Assembly (NCBI GenBank): GCA_035297365.1
Contig: DATGZA010000062.1
Coordinates: 10,225 to 74,224, forward strand
Direction of reading: 5' to 3'
Length of the DNA stretch: 64,000 nt
Source of the DNA: Nitrososphaeraceae archaeon
Lineage (GTDB): Archaea; Thermoproteota; Nitrososphaeria; Nitrososphaerales; Nitrososphaeraceae
The notes below the pieces were generated by a model. That model was not told where the DNA came from and did not search any database. It worked only from the letters and a program-made list of their open reading frames with translations. A program made the translations under genes and the position numbers. This document shows positions 1 to 10,068 of this stretch, one piece after another (the first letter of the stretch is position 1; the number at the start of each line of letters is the position of its first letter).

Positions 1-119
1 AGAGTTTAAAATTTTAAGATTTTCTGAAATTTTGAGGGTTACAAAGAAAGAATTATTATTATTACTGTTATTTTCCTTGTTTTATGCTCTGCCATTTTCC
101 TGTATTTTCTTGCTCTTAT

Positions 120-1553
120 TTACAAAAAAGTTTCGATGATGCGAGTATATTCTCTTATCTTTGAATTCAGTAAAGTTTCTGAAGTTGACTCACCATACAT
201 TCTAACCAGTGGTTCAGTTCCACTAGGCCTTATCATTATCCATGTTTCTTCATCGATCCATAACTTTGCCCCGTCCAATGTATCAATTTTCATGGGATTT
301 CCATGTTCTATACATCTGGTAACTATTTTATCTGCAACTTCCTTTGAGGCACAGTTGAACTTTGTTTTATATTGTGAAATATTTCTCAAAGAACCTATTA
401 GATCAGAAAACGTTTTGAGATTTATTTTGCTGTTATTTTGTCCACCGCTACCATAGGTATTGGGTTGAGAATCGAAAGAATTATTGTTTGCTAACATCTC
501 TAGAATCAATGTAGTTGTCATTGCGCCGTCTCTTACTTGATTCATTTTTCCGTACATGAAACCTCCATTTTCTTCCAATCCGATTATAGCATTTCTTTTT
601 AACATCTCTCTTGATACCTCTACACTTCCAACCTTTGTGTATATAACTTTGGATCCGAGTTCTTCAGCTACAAAGGAAACATTCATTGAAGTATTTAATG
701 GACAGACTATTTCTGCTCCTTGGTGCTTACTACTTAAAAGATATTTTACTAATATCGCAGCGGTTCTGTCACCAGGATGAACGGTTCCTTTCTCATCGCA
801 GAAGATACTTCTGTCTCCGTCACCATCATACGCCACTCCGAAGTCGGCATTTGTATCTCTTACCATATTCGATAGATTACCTAGATTTTCAACTGTAGGT
901 TCGGGACCTCTTCCTGGAAAATTTCCATCGATATCACTATGAATGGTAGTAACCTCACAGCCAAGGTTTTCCAAAAGATATGGCGCTACGAGAGACTGTA
1001 CTCCATTTCCTAGGTCAAGAACAACTTTAAATGATCTAGATCGTATTTTTTCAGCATCAACCAATGCCAGAACTGCGTCCGTATACTCCTTTGTAACGTT
1101 ATTGTCTATGTAAGTCTTATGTGTACCATTAATCTTTGCAAATTCTTTTGAATAAAAAATTTCTTCAACTTTTAATTCATCCTCCCTTGATATTTCTACA
1201 CCTTCTTTTGAACAGGGCTTAATCCCATTGTACTCTGCAGGATTGTGAGAAGCTGTAATCATTATTCCACCGTTACAATTCTTGCTCTTTATGGCATATT
1301 GAAGACATGGGGTTGGAACCTGTCCTGCAAAGATGACATCTAAACCTCCTGAATTTAAAGTGGCCGTAACAATATTTGAAAGGATGTGGCCTGAATTTCT
1401 TCCATCATATCCAACTATTATTGGTCCCTTGGCAAAATAGGTCGCTAGTGCATATGTCAAATCCACTGCCAGTTCAAATGTCAGTTCTTTTCCGTAAATT
1501 CCTCTAACTCCATTTGTTCCAAATAGCCTTTTTCTAGGGACGTCTTCTGTCAA
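120..1553 (-). CDS. glmM: Phosphoglucosamine mutase / phosphomannomutase (alpha-D-phosphohexomutase)
   Basis: LFGTNGVRG, TASHNP phosphoserine loop, DGDGDR metal loop, RPSGTEP; TTG start. Confidence 0.9.
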   Translation of the reverse strand: MTEDVPRKRLFGTNGVRGIYGKELTFELAVDLTYALATYFAKGPIIVGYDGRNSGHILSNIVTATLNSGGLDVIFAGQVPTPCLQYAIKSKNCNGGIMITASHNPAEYNGIKPCSKEGVEISREDELKVEEIFYSKEFAKINGTHKTYIDNNVTKEYTDAVLALVDAEKIRSRSFKVVLDLGNGVQSLVAPYLLENLGCEVTTIHSDIDGNFPGRGPEPTVENLGNLSNMVRDTNADFGVAYDGDGDRSIFCDEKGTVHPGDRTAAILVKYLLSSKHQGAEIVCPLNTSMNVSFVAEELGSKVIYTKVGSVEVSREMLKRNAIIGLEENGGFMYGKMNQVRDGAMTTTLILEMLANNNSFDSQPNTYGSGGQNNSKINLKTFSDLIGSLRNISQYKTKFNCASKEVADKIVTRCIEHGNPMKIDTLDGAKLWIDEETWIMIRPSGTEPLVRMYGESTSETLLNSKIREYTRIIETFL

Positions 1554-1622
1554 TTGAATTCCAATATCTAATTAATTTAAGAATAGATAAATTTGGCTGT
1601 TTTAAATTGAAATTTAATTGCT

Positions 1623-1781
1623 GCGGGGATTGCCAAGCCTGGCCAACGGCGCAGGTCTATCAATCGTCCTTCGATGGTTGATGGTGCGAAGCTTAGAATG
1701 AATTGGTCAGCCTATTATCAATGATCATATCCTATAACCCTGTTCCTCAGGGATTCGTGGGTTCAAATCCCACTCCCCGCA
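1623..1781 (+). tRNA. tRNA-Leu(TAG) with two introns (1656-1690 at 30/31; about 1698-1736 at 37/38 or 38/39)
   Basis: Acceptor stem GCGGGGA/TCCCCGC, T arm GTGGGTTCAAATCCCAC, long variable arm. Removing both inserts gives CAGGG-CT-TAG-AA-CCCTG. Intron 1 forms a clean bulge-helix-bulge. Confidence 0.88.
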
Positions 1782-2000
1782 CTATTTTCGTGGATACACA
1801 TGAACGGTTCATTATAATTCAGAATTAGACAAATTTCTGTATTTTGCATATTTTTCTTTCTTATATGTATTTTTTAGAACGGTATTAATTGACTGTGAGT
1901 AACACTGACTATGTATTAAGAAGCTAAATTAATTATGTTAAAAATAATTAGATAATAGTATGAATTTATGTTAGTTAGTATCTTATCTGGTTACTGGCAA

Positions 2001-2984
2001 TCATTTTGTAATTGTAAACGAATCAAATATTTTTCCATTGTTTTGAATAAATTTTGCTGTAAGAAGTTGACCACTGTTAGTTATGTCAATATTTATATGA
2101 CCAAAAGTGGAGCTTTGTTGTTTTGCATTAAATGGTTGCTGACCAATAAGTTTATGAAAGTTAATACCTCCGGTACCTACTATCATATATATTTCTCCCT
2201 CTGGGTTATTATATTTTGATGTATCTTTAGTAGTAACAATAGGATTAGTAACACTCTTAGAGTTGTATTTTAATGGAAATGATCTTTGATAATCATGTAT
2301 GTGAGCTTCCAGTACCAAATCTATATCATATTGATTGAAAATCGGATGATATACATCTCTTAAACTTGCACTTCCCTGGCAGGATGTAATTTTGCAACTT
2401 GTAGGTGAAGTATAAAGAGGTTTATGCAAGAGTACAATTATCCACTCAGTATTTTTCCCATTAGTAGCCTTTGCTAGATCACTTTTTACAAATTTATATT
2501 GAGATGAGTGTGGAGAGTAGGATGTTTCGGTATTCATGACAATGAAATGAACATTCTGATAATCAAATGAATAATATGCATTAGATGGAAAAGGGAATTT
2601 TTGCTTGTATTGATTAAATCCTAACTTGGTAGTACTTTCATGATTGCCAACAGCAATTTTCATGTTGTCATGAATATTTCCTACTTTGGTCAACCAACAG
2701 CTGGCTGTAGGTTGATAGGAATAATCTCCCAAACCTAACACTAGTTCTGGAGAGCCTAGTTTGTTTTTGTTACTTTCACTTGCTATTCCCTTTGTGGTTG
2801 CATCAGTATTTGAATTACAACCCCAATCACCGACTGCTGCAAAGTTAAAGTCAGGTGTAACTGAATAAGCTTGAGGAATGTTTACCAAAATTCCAAAAAT
2901 GAATAACAACGATGATGCCATTGTTATCATGATATTCCTTTCAATGATACATTTAAAATTTCTAACTTTCACTTTTCTAATCAT
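2001..2984 (-). CDS. Secreted calcineurin-like metallophosphoesterase (purple acid phosphatase-like)
   Basis: GDWG, GDYSY, GNHE, HKPLY, AHIHDYQR motifs; N-terminal hydrophobic signal segment. Confidence 0.88.
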   Translation of the reverse strand: MIRKVKVRNFKCIIERNIMITMASSLLFIFGILVNIPQAYSVTPDFNFAAVGDWGCNSNTDATTKGIASESNKNKLGSPELVLGLGDYSYQPTASCWLTKVGNIHDNMKIAVGNHESTTKLGFNQYKQKFPFPSNAYYSFDYQNVHFIVMNTETSYSPHSSQYKFVKSDLAKATNGKNTEWIIVLLHKPLYTSPTSCKITSCQGSASLRDVYHPIFNQYDIDLVLEAHIHDYQRSFPLKYNSKSVTNPIVTTKDTSKYNNPEGEIYMIVGTGGINFHKLIGQQPFNAKQQSSTFGHINIDITNSGQLLTAKFIQNNGKIFDSFTITK

Positions 2985-3008
2985 ATGTATTTATTATCTC
3001 CATTATAG

Positions 3009-3434
3009 TCAATTAACACATGGTATAGATAGATTTGTGAATATTGCTGTTCTTCCAGAATCAACTTTCTCATCACTATTAATATCGTCGAAGAAATTTA
3101 TTATATATTTTCCAGGTGGAAGGTCATCAGCAAAGGTAGGTTCTTCAAAACCTCCTGTGCTATTTGTTTTAAAATATCCAGAAAGACCAGTAGAATTATC
3201 TTCCGCATTCATCAAATCCCAATGTACATTGCTATTAGGCAAAAATCCTCTGGTTTCCAAAAAAATATTAAAACCTTCTATCGGTCCACAATTAGGAGTA
3301 ACAGTAGCATTAAGTTCTCCATATACAGGCACTTGTAAAGTAATCAAGAGGATATTACTAACTAAAATAATTAGCCAAAAAAATAGATTCAACGATCCCA
3401 GATTAATATTTGGCGTATTTAAATAAATCGCCAT
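3009..3434 (-). CDS. Secreted hypothetical protein (Ig-like beta-sandwich)
   Basis: Signal-like N-terminus; VTPNCGP...GFLPNS...LPPGKYII pattern; terminal Cys pair. Confidence 0.6.
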   Translation of the reverse strand: MAIYLNTPNINLGSLNLFFWLIILVSNILLITLQVPVYGELNATVTPNCGPIEGFNIFLETRGFLPNSNVHWDLMNAEDNSTGLSGYFKTNSTGGFEEPTFADDLPPGKYIINFFDDINSDEKVDSGRTAIFTNLSIPCVN

Positions 3435-3485
3435 GATATATTGTCAATATATACTTGATGTAGTTAGACTTGTGTTATAAAATGC

Positions 3486-3680
3486 TTGGAGCCACAACAA
3501 ACAACAACAAGAATTGTCTATGAACTGTTAAGAGATAGGATAGAAGAAACCAAACTTACTACTGTTGTTGGATTTGTTGGAGATAAAATGATCAATGCTC
3601 TGAAGAGGGGAGAAGTATTTACTTTTTACGGACAACAGTGTGGAAGATGTACCTATTTTACAGGTGTACAAAGATTTTGA
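3486..3680 (+). CDS. Small hypothetical protein
   Basis: 64-aa ORF with TTG start and protein-like composition; CGRC near the C-terminus. Confidence 0.35.
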   Translation: MEPQQTTTRIVYELLRDRIEETKLTTVVGFVGDKMINALKRGEVFTFYGQQCGRCTYFTGVQRF

Positions 3681-3858
3681 TACATGTTTCTGGTGGCAGT
3701 AAATAGAATCAAACTAAGCCTGACCAAACATGAAATGTATTCATTAATCTGTGCGTTTATTTTCTGAAAGATGTTCTTTTATTGGTAATCATTTTCTTTA
3801 GCACAACTCTGCTAAATTACTATACAATATCTGACCTAAGTAATATTACAATTTCTCT

Positions 3859-4056
3859 CTATTTACATTGATTGTTATCTTTGTGCGCTTGATAATGTTG
3901 ACCACAATAATCTTTACCGCATTCATAACAATGCCAACCTGACAAAGTATAACAAACACTACATCTTCTAACTGGATTGTTATGGTCGTAATCTTTTCTC
4001 CCTTTTTTTGGACTCGGCTTTAGTTTAGGGCTATGACCACCTGATCCACGTTTCAT
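3859..4056 (-). CDS. Small basic zinc-finger protein (B-box/AN1-like)
   Basis: CSVC-x7-CYEC-x4-CGQH-x3-H; Lys/Arg/Pro-rich N-terminus. Confidence 0.7.
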   Translation of the reverse strand: MKRGSGGHSPKLKPSPKKGRKDYDHNNPVRRCSVCYTLSGWHCYECGKDYCGQHYQAHKDNNQCK

Positions 4057-4518
4057 CTAAATCTTCTCCTTACTCAAAATGAATAACCGATTGTAGTTTC
4101 AAATAATACACATCCTTGTTTATACATGAGAATATTTCGAGGGTTTTCCATATTCTGGATACAACTTTAAAGTTTGCTTCAAATTTCTTTAAATATTAAA
4201 CAATCTATTATATTAGTTTTAGCTTTAATGATCGCACACTACAAAAAAATATTGTTATTTTTATAATGTGAATTGAAATTTTATTTTAACTATATATCAA
4301 TTTTGATCAGCAAATTATTATTTAGAATTAGTTTGTAAAAAAGGAATTAATGTCTGGAGCAAAAGAATCTGTTTTATTGAAAAAGGAATGAATGATTTAA
4401 AAATTATCAAAACTTTTGTATCTATAAACAACTCTTCAAAAGAATTATGACTGAGGTAACGTTTTAATATGCTATATTTTGTAGAAAGATGGATGATCCC
4501 AAAGGGTGATATTAACTA

Positions 4519-4917
4519 ATGAGTAAACCGTATTATGTTAAATTTCAAGTTCCAAAGGATTTAGTAACAGCTATTTACGAGGCAGTTAGAGTTTCTAGAG
4601 AAAGTGGAAAAGTAAGAAAAGGAACAAATGAAACAACTAAAGCTATCGAACGTGGAGTAAGCAAATTGGCCGTCATAGCAGAGGATGTCGAACCACCAGA
4701 AGTTGTTGCTCATCTTCCAATTATATGTGAAGAAAGAAACACACCTTATGTTTTTGTGCCGAGTAAACAGCAACTAGGCGAGTCTCTTGGAATTTCTGTA
4801 GGCTCGGCTGCAGCTACGATAATAGATGCGGGTGATTCTCAACACATTGTTGACGAAATAATTATCGCTTTAAAGAATCAGAATCCCAAATCAGATAAAC
4901 AACAGCAACAACAATAG
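4519..4917 (+). CDS. rpl7ae: 50S ribosomal protein L7Ae
   Basis: [17 protein letters not shown]...[15 protein letters not shown]; conserved operon context. Confidence 0.98.
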   Translation: MSKPYYVKFQVPKDLVTAIYEAVRVSRESGKVRKGTNETTKAIERGVSKLAVIAEDVEPPEVVAHLPIICEERNTPYVFVPSKQQLGESLGISVGSAAATIIDAGDSQHIVDEIIIALKNQNPKSDKQQQQQ

Positions 4918-4942
4918 TAAGTTCTGAGGTGAAAAATGATCT

Positions 4943-5158
4943 ATGAGTAAGACTATGGAAGAAAAGATTGTTCCTGCCGAAGTTATTCAGATAGTTGGTA
5001 GGACTGGAATTGCTGGAGAGGTAATTCAGGTCAGAGTAAAGGTATTAGACGGAAAAGACAAGGGAAGGATACTGACGAGAAATGTAAAAGGCGCAGTTCG
5101 CATGAATGATGTTCTTATACTCCGAGAAACCGAACGCGAGGCAAGAAAGATCAAGTAA
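4943..5158 (+). CDS. rps28e: 30S ribosomal protein S28e
   Basis: [14 protein letters not shown]...RNVKG...LRETEREAR. Confidence 0.98.
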   Translation: MSKTMEEKIVPAEVIQIVGRTGIAGEVIQVRVKVLDGKDKGRILTRNVKGAVRMNDVLILRETEREARKIK

Positions 5159-5227
5159 TAAGAAAAGTGGTGGAAACGTAACGTTATTAAATTATAACCA
5201 GCTACAATGTTTTTTAGGTAACTAAAA

Positions 5228-5443
5228 ATGAGTAGAACAGCTGCATCTTTACGTAATTGCTTCTTCTGTGGTGAACGTATTCAGTCTGGAACTGGTATTA
5301 TGCTAGTCAAAAATGATGGCTCGATTCAATGGACCTGTTCAAATAAATGTAAAAAAAATCTTAGAAACCTAAAAAGAGACCCTAGGAAATTCAAATGGAC
5401 AAAGAAATACGTAAAAGGCGGGTTAAAAGCTGCTAAAGGATAA
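5228..5443 (+). CDS. rpl24e: 50S ribosomal protein L24e
   Basis: CFFCG...GTGIMLVKNDG...CSNKC...RDPRKFKWT. Confidence 0.97.
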   Translation: MSRTAASLRNCFFCGERIQSGTGIMLVKNDGSIQWTCSNKCKKNLRNLKRDPRKFKWTKKYVKGGLKAAKG

Positions 5444-5523
5444 CCGAATAGCTAAATAGATAACTATAATCTTTAAAGGAAAAATAAAGCTTAGTTTCAA
5501 AAAATAATAATCAAAATAGAGAG

Positions 5524-5949
5524 ATGAATTTGATGTCTGAACAAACATTAATTGTTATTAAACCAGATGCCTTTTCCAGAAAATTGACTGGAAAAATCCT
5601 GTCACGATTTGAAGATAAAGGTTTTATTATAAAGGAACTAAAAACTTTCAATTTTACAAAGGAGAGAGCAGAAGAGTTTTATTCTGCACATAAACATAAA
5701 TCATTTTTCGGAGACCTTGTCGCTTTTATTTCATCATCCACGGTCGTATCTTGCATTTTGGAAGGTGAAAACGCTATAAACACTGTTAGACTTATGATCG
5801 GTTCTACTAGATCTTTTGATGCCCAACCAGGTACTATTCGTGGTGATTATGGTCTGGGAGTAACTGATAATATTATACACGCGTCAGACTCTTATGAAAG
5901 CTTCATAAAAGAGTCGCAAGTGATTTTTGATAGTAGTATACCTAAGTGA
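5524..5949 (+). CDS. ndk: Nucleoside diphosphate kinase
   Basis: IKPDA, PGTIRGDYG, NIIHASDS (start may be ATG at 5533). Confidence 0.97.
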   Translation: MNLMSEQTLIVIKPDAFSRKLTGKILSRFEDKGFIIKELKTFNFTKERAEEFYSAHKHKSFFGDLVAFISSSTVVSCILEGENAINTVRLMIGSTRSFDAQPGTIRGDYGLGVTDNIIHASDSYESFIKESQVIFDSSIPK

Positions 5950-7799
5950 ATTTAAGACAGCCCGTTGTTGTAGTTTTGGGTCACGTAGACTCAGGAAAGA
6001 CCTCATTGCTAGATAAGATTAGAGGAACGGGAGTGCAAGCTAGAGAGGCAGGTGGAATCACACAACACATTGGTGCCAGTTTTTTTCCAATTGAAACGAT
6101 AAAAAAAATAACAGGAGTTCTATATGAGAAACTTGCCAAAGCCGATGAAAAGATTCCTGGTCTTTTATTTATCGATACTCCTGGACATGAGGTCTTTGCA
6201 AATCTTCGAACCAGGGGGGGTTCTGCTGCAGATATAGCTATTGTAGTAGCAGATGTCAATAAAGGTTTTGAACCTCAAACGCTGGAAAGTATTGAGATTT
6301 TAAAGAAAAGAAGAGTTCCGTTCGTTGTAGCGCTAAATAAAATCGACATGATCTCAGGATGGAAAGTATTAGGAGGATTAGGAAAAAAAAGTTCAAAAAA
6401 AACAGCCGCTAGCGCCCGTTATAGTAATAAAGATATCAAATTACCATTCATTACTGAAGAGATAAAACATCAAGACGCGAACATTCTTACACAACTAGAT
6501 GAAAAAATTTACACAGTTGTAGGATCACTTTCGAGATTAGGATATACTTCTGAAGCATTCTGGAGAGTAAAAGAGTTTGATAAGGAACTTGCAATAGTTC
6601 CTATAAGTGCTGTTACTGGTGTTGGGATACCAGAACTCTTAACGGTATTGGTTGGACTAACCCAGCAATATATGAAAAAAAGATTAGAACGACGATCTGA
6701 TCAAGTAAGGGGAATAGTTCTTGAAGTCAACGAGGAAACGGGCTTAGGACAATCTGCCAACATAATTCTGTTAGATGGTACTTTAAGACAGGGTGACATG
6801 GTTATGGTTTCTAAACGAGATGAGATTATAGTAACAAAATTAAAAGCATTACTTCTTCCAAAACCACTCGATGAAATGAGGGATCCCCGCGATAAATTTA
6901 GATCTGTCGACGAAGTTGTCTCTGCGGCAGGATTGAAAATTGTCTCTCCAGACCTTGATGGAGTTCTTGCAGGTACTCCTATCTATGTTGTAAATAGTAA
7001 AAGCGAGGAGGAAACAATAAGATCATTAATAGAATCTGAGGTAAAAGGAACATTCATTAGCAATACAGACTCTAACGGCGTGATTTTAAAATGCGATACA
7101 CTTGGTTCTCTTGAAGCTATAATTGACATGCTTAAAAAGGAACATATTCCAATCCAGACTGCGGATATTGGTAATATTACAAGGAGGGATGTTCTTGCAT
7201 CCTATGCAGTCAAAGAAAAGGATCGATATCTCGGTGTGATCTTGGGGTTCAATGTTAAACTTCTGGAAGATGCTAGTAAGGAGGCTTTTGAAAGAAATGT
7301 TACCATTTTTAATGAAAATATAATATATAATCTGGTTAGATCGTATACTGACTGGGTTCAGTACCAACGAGATCATGCTGATTCAATAATATTTAATGAA
7401 ATACCTCCAATGTGTAAATTCCAGTTCATGAAAGGATTTGTATTCCGACGAAACGATCCTGCAGTATTTGGAGCCGAAATTCTTGTGGGAAAATTAAGAC
7501 AAAAAATTAACGTTATAAACGAAGATGGTGCAAAAATCGGGACGATTCACCAAATTCAAGATAAGGGAAAGAATCTTGACGAAGCCACAAAGGGAATGCA
7601 GGTTGCCGTTTCGATTCGAGGACCTACCATAGGAAGACAGATAAACGAAGGTGAAATATTTTTAACTGATCTTTCAAGTAAACAGGCCAAACTTTTGTTA
7701 GAGAGGTTTGAACACAGATTGAACGAAGAAGAAAAGGAGATCTTTGAAACTATTCTTCGACTCAAAAGAGCAAAAGATCAAGCTTTTGGTTATCTTTAA
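5946..7799 (+). CDS. infB: Translation initiation factor IF-2 (aIF5B)
   Basis: GHVDSGKT, AGGITQHIGA, DTPGHE, NKID; GTG start overlapping the ndk stop. Confidence 0.97.
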   Translation: MNLRQPVVVVLGHVDSGKTSLLDKIRGTGVQAREAGGITQHIGASFFPIETIKKITGVLYEKLAKADEKIPGLLFIDTPGHEVFANLRTRGGSAADIAIVVADVNKGFEPQTLESIEILKKRRVPFVVALNKIDMISGWKVLGGLGKKSSKKTAASARYSNKDIKLPFITEEIKHQDANILTQLDEKIYTVVGSLSRLGYTSEAFWRVKEFDKELAIVPISAVTGVGIPELLTVLVGLTQQYMKKRLERRSDQVRGIVLEVNEETGLGQSANIILLDGTLRQGDMVMVSKRDEIIVTKLKALLLPKPLDEMRDPRDKFRSVDEVVSAAGLKIVSPDLDGVLAGTPIYVVNSKSEEETIRSLIESEVKGTFISNTDSNGVILKCDTLGSLEAIIDMLKKEHIPIQTADIGNITRRDVLASYAVKEKDRYLGVILGFNVKLLEDASKEAFERNVTIFNENIIYNLVRSYTDWVQYQRDHADSIIFNEIPPMCKFQFMKGFVFRRNDPAVFGAEILVGKLRQKINVINEDGAKIGTIHQIQDKGKNLDEATKGMQVAVSIRGPTIGRQINEGEIFLTDLSSKQAKLLLERFEHRLNEEEKEIFETILRLKRAKDQAFGYL

Positions 7800-8894
7800 T
7801 ATAATGACCAACCCTACACAATATATTTAACTTCTGTAAATCCTATATTTATTTATTGTTTATATCAGTTAAATTGAATTTTATATAGCAGTAATATTCC
7901 TGATATCACTATTATTATCAATGTACAAATAAACATTAAAAGAAAGCAAGAAAGACATCATTTGGGGAATAGTCGAAGAAACAATAGATCCAGTAATCCA
8001 CGAGAATCTTAAAAATTTAAATGTTATTGACAGGACTTGGAACAACCTGGAAATCCACCTGAGGATTAAATTTAAAATTAGAATTATTAGTTATCTATTG
8101 ATTCGTATGTTTTAAATGCATTTTATAAATATATTAGTTTCTTTAATTGATTGTCATGAAAACTATTGTGACGATTCAATTACAGCATGTTACTTTTGTA
8201 CATTCTGTTATACCACGAAAATATCTAATCAAAGAAATTATTTTCCAAAATACAATCCAGCAAATAAGAACATTATATAACGATCAAGACTTGATATGTA
8301 TTTGATATCTTATGGGTTACAAATTAGGAATTAGCGCATTACATGACTAACCGAATTCGATCATAAGTTATTACAGTAAGTAATAAATAATTATACGAAA
8401 CAAAATTAATTCATGAAGATGTATAATGATTTATATGTTGAAATAATTCTAATCTTAAACGTAATTTTGATCCTATCTTGATAGTTTCATATTTTGAGAG
8501 ATAATGTGTAAAATCTAAATATATTTTATGCTCTTAAAATAAGAAAAATATTATTTATTATTCATTTTTTATCAAATCGTAACATTATCTTTCTGTGAAT
8601 AAGTTATTTTGTAAATAGATAAAATAAAAAAAATGACTATAAAAATATATTTTTTGTACGATGTTTATAGATACTTCGTGACCATTTTACTTTTAAGGTT
8701 GGTACCGAAATTGTAAAGCCAGCATTACTGAAGCTATAAAATAGATTCAACTAACCCAATATTTAGATCTACTTTTAGCCAATTTTTGGTATTATTTCAT
8801 TATGTTATACCAGAAAATCAAATACCATTGGTATAATGGTATTTTGTTATTTTATTTACGCCCAGATGTTAATGTTAGATTTATGGGCACTCAA

Positions 8895-9104
8895 TTATTT
8901 AGACAACCTTCTAAGAATCTCATTATTTATTTCTTCCAATTTTATTTGTTCACCCTTTCTTCCTGGAGTTTTCATAATTTGTTGTTTAACCCTTCTAAAT
9001 TCTTCTTCTAATTTATCTTCATACAAAGAGTGTTTGCTACGTAGTTCGTTAATATACAATATTCTAAATTCTTCTTCTTTTATTTCGTCTAAATTGTCTG
9101 ACAT
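8895..9104 (-). CDS. Small charged helical hypothetical protein
   Basis: 69-aa ORF with E/K/R-rich amphipathic pattern; TTTAAATA box about 25-30 nt upstream. Confidence 0.55.
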   Translation of the reverse strand: MSDNLDEIKEEEFRILYINELRSKHSLYEDKLEEEFRRVKQQIMKTPGRKGEQIKLEEINNEILRRLSK

Positions 9105-9709
9105 AATATATATATTATATTCGATACTATATTTAAAGTATCTATTTTTTAGAAATTTATTTATTTTAACATGTTTAATCTTATAATATTTACAAACGCA
9201 GTTATAAATAATTCAATCAATTTTAACTTTTGATTCGGTTCTTCTATAACTTTTTTTATTTTTATTTTACTTACCTGTATTATATTTCGCAATTGATTAT
9301 AATCGAAGTAGTTATAAAAGTAATTATCTATATAGATCACAGCAGAGTTGTTACAATTTGTCTAGTAAATTATTAATAATATGTCAAATTGGCATCCTGA
9401 TACTATTAATATTATCAAGCCGTTCGACGAATATAATTTTTCTTTATATACGACCTAAATTGATTTTATGAGACAAGCAACAAATCTGCTGATTCGACCT
9501 TTTGGATATTATTACAGATGTATTTACTTAAGGGAATCTACTAACTAAATAAAAAATTCATTTAATATCGAGTAATAAACATATTTAAAAAATAATATCT
9601 TGCCTATTAATTCAAAGTTAACATAGTAATTCCAAGGATATGATTAAAAATATAAATAGAAATTGAAATAAATACAGTAATATATATACAATGGAACAAA
9701 TTATATATT

Positions 9710-9913
9710 ATGTCAAGTCTTATAATAGAATCATATCAAAATTCAACTGTGAACACAATTCTGGATGACATTGCTAAAAAATACACTATTGATACTTCGA
9801 AAGATCGACTAAGCAAAGATGCATCTATTCAAGAAATCAAATTTAAGTATAGGACCTACTCCGAATGTGTAAAAATGTTGTATAAAAAAGTACAAGATCT
9901 GCAGGAGATTTAG
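9710..9913 (+). CDS. Small hypothetical protein
   Basis: 67-aa ORF with TATA-like box upstream; stop overlaps the convergent ORF. Confidence 0.5.
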   Translation: MSSLIIESYQNSTVNTILDDIAKKYTIDTSKDRLSKDASIQEIKFKYRTYSECVKMLYKKVQDLQEI

Positions 9914-10068
9914 GTTCGTACCTTCATTAGTTCAATGTCACCTGATGTACAGTTTTGTGAACCCCCGATGTGAGCATGTAAAAGTTCCTTTGCTTTTTCC
10001 TTCGATAGCTTTTCCATAGAAATATGGCCACATTTTTTACACGTAATGATATAACTCCACTTAATCAA
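9910..10068 (-). CDS. Small zinc-binding protein (probable TTG start at 10068; track ORF extends to 10155)
   Basis: CKKCGH...HAHIGGSQNC ligand pattern; the upstream extension looks like promoter DNA. Confidence 0.6.
   Translation of the reverse strand: MIKWSYIITCKKCGHISMEKLSKEKAKELLHAHIGGSQNCTSGDIELMKVRT

Noticed and set aside
136-898. Plus-strand ORFs inside glmM, and similar antisense ORFs inside infB, hflX, hisS, sdhA/B, ilvE, htrA, pspA, cca and the Fe-ADH gene
   Set aside because: Shadow frames of well-conserved genes, with no motifs of their own
2878-3426. 182-aa plus-strand ORF
   Set aside because: Antisense to two credible minus-strand genes
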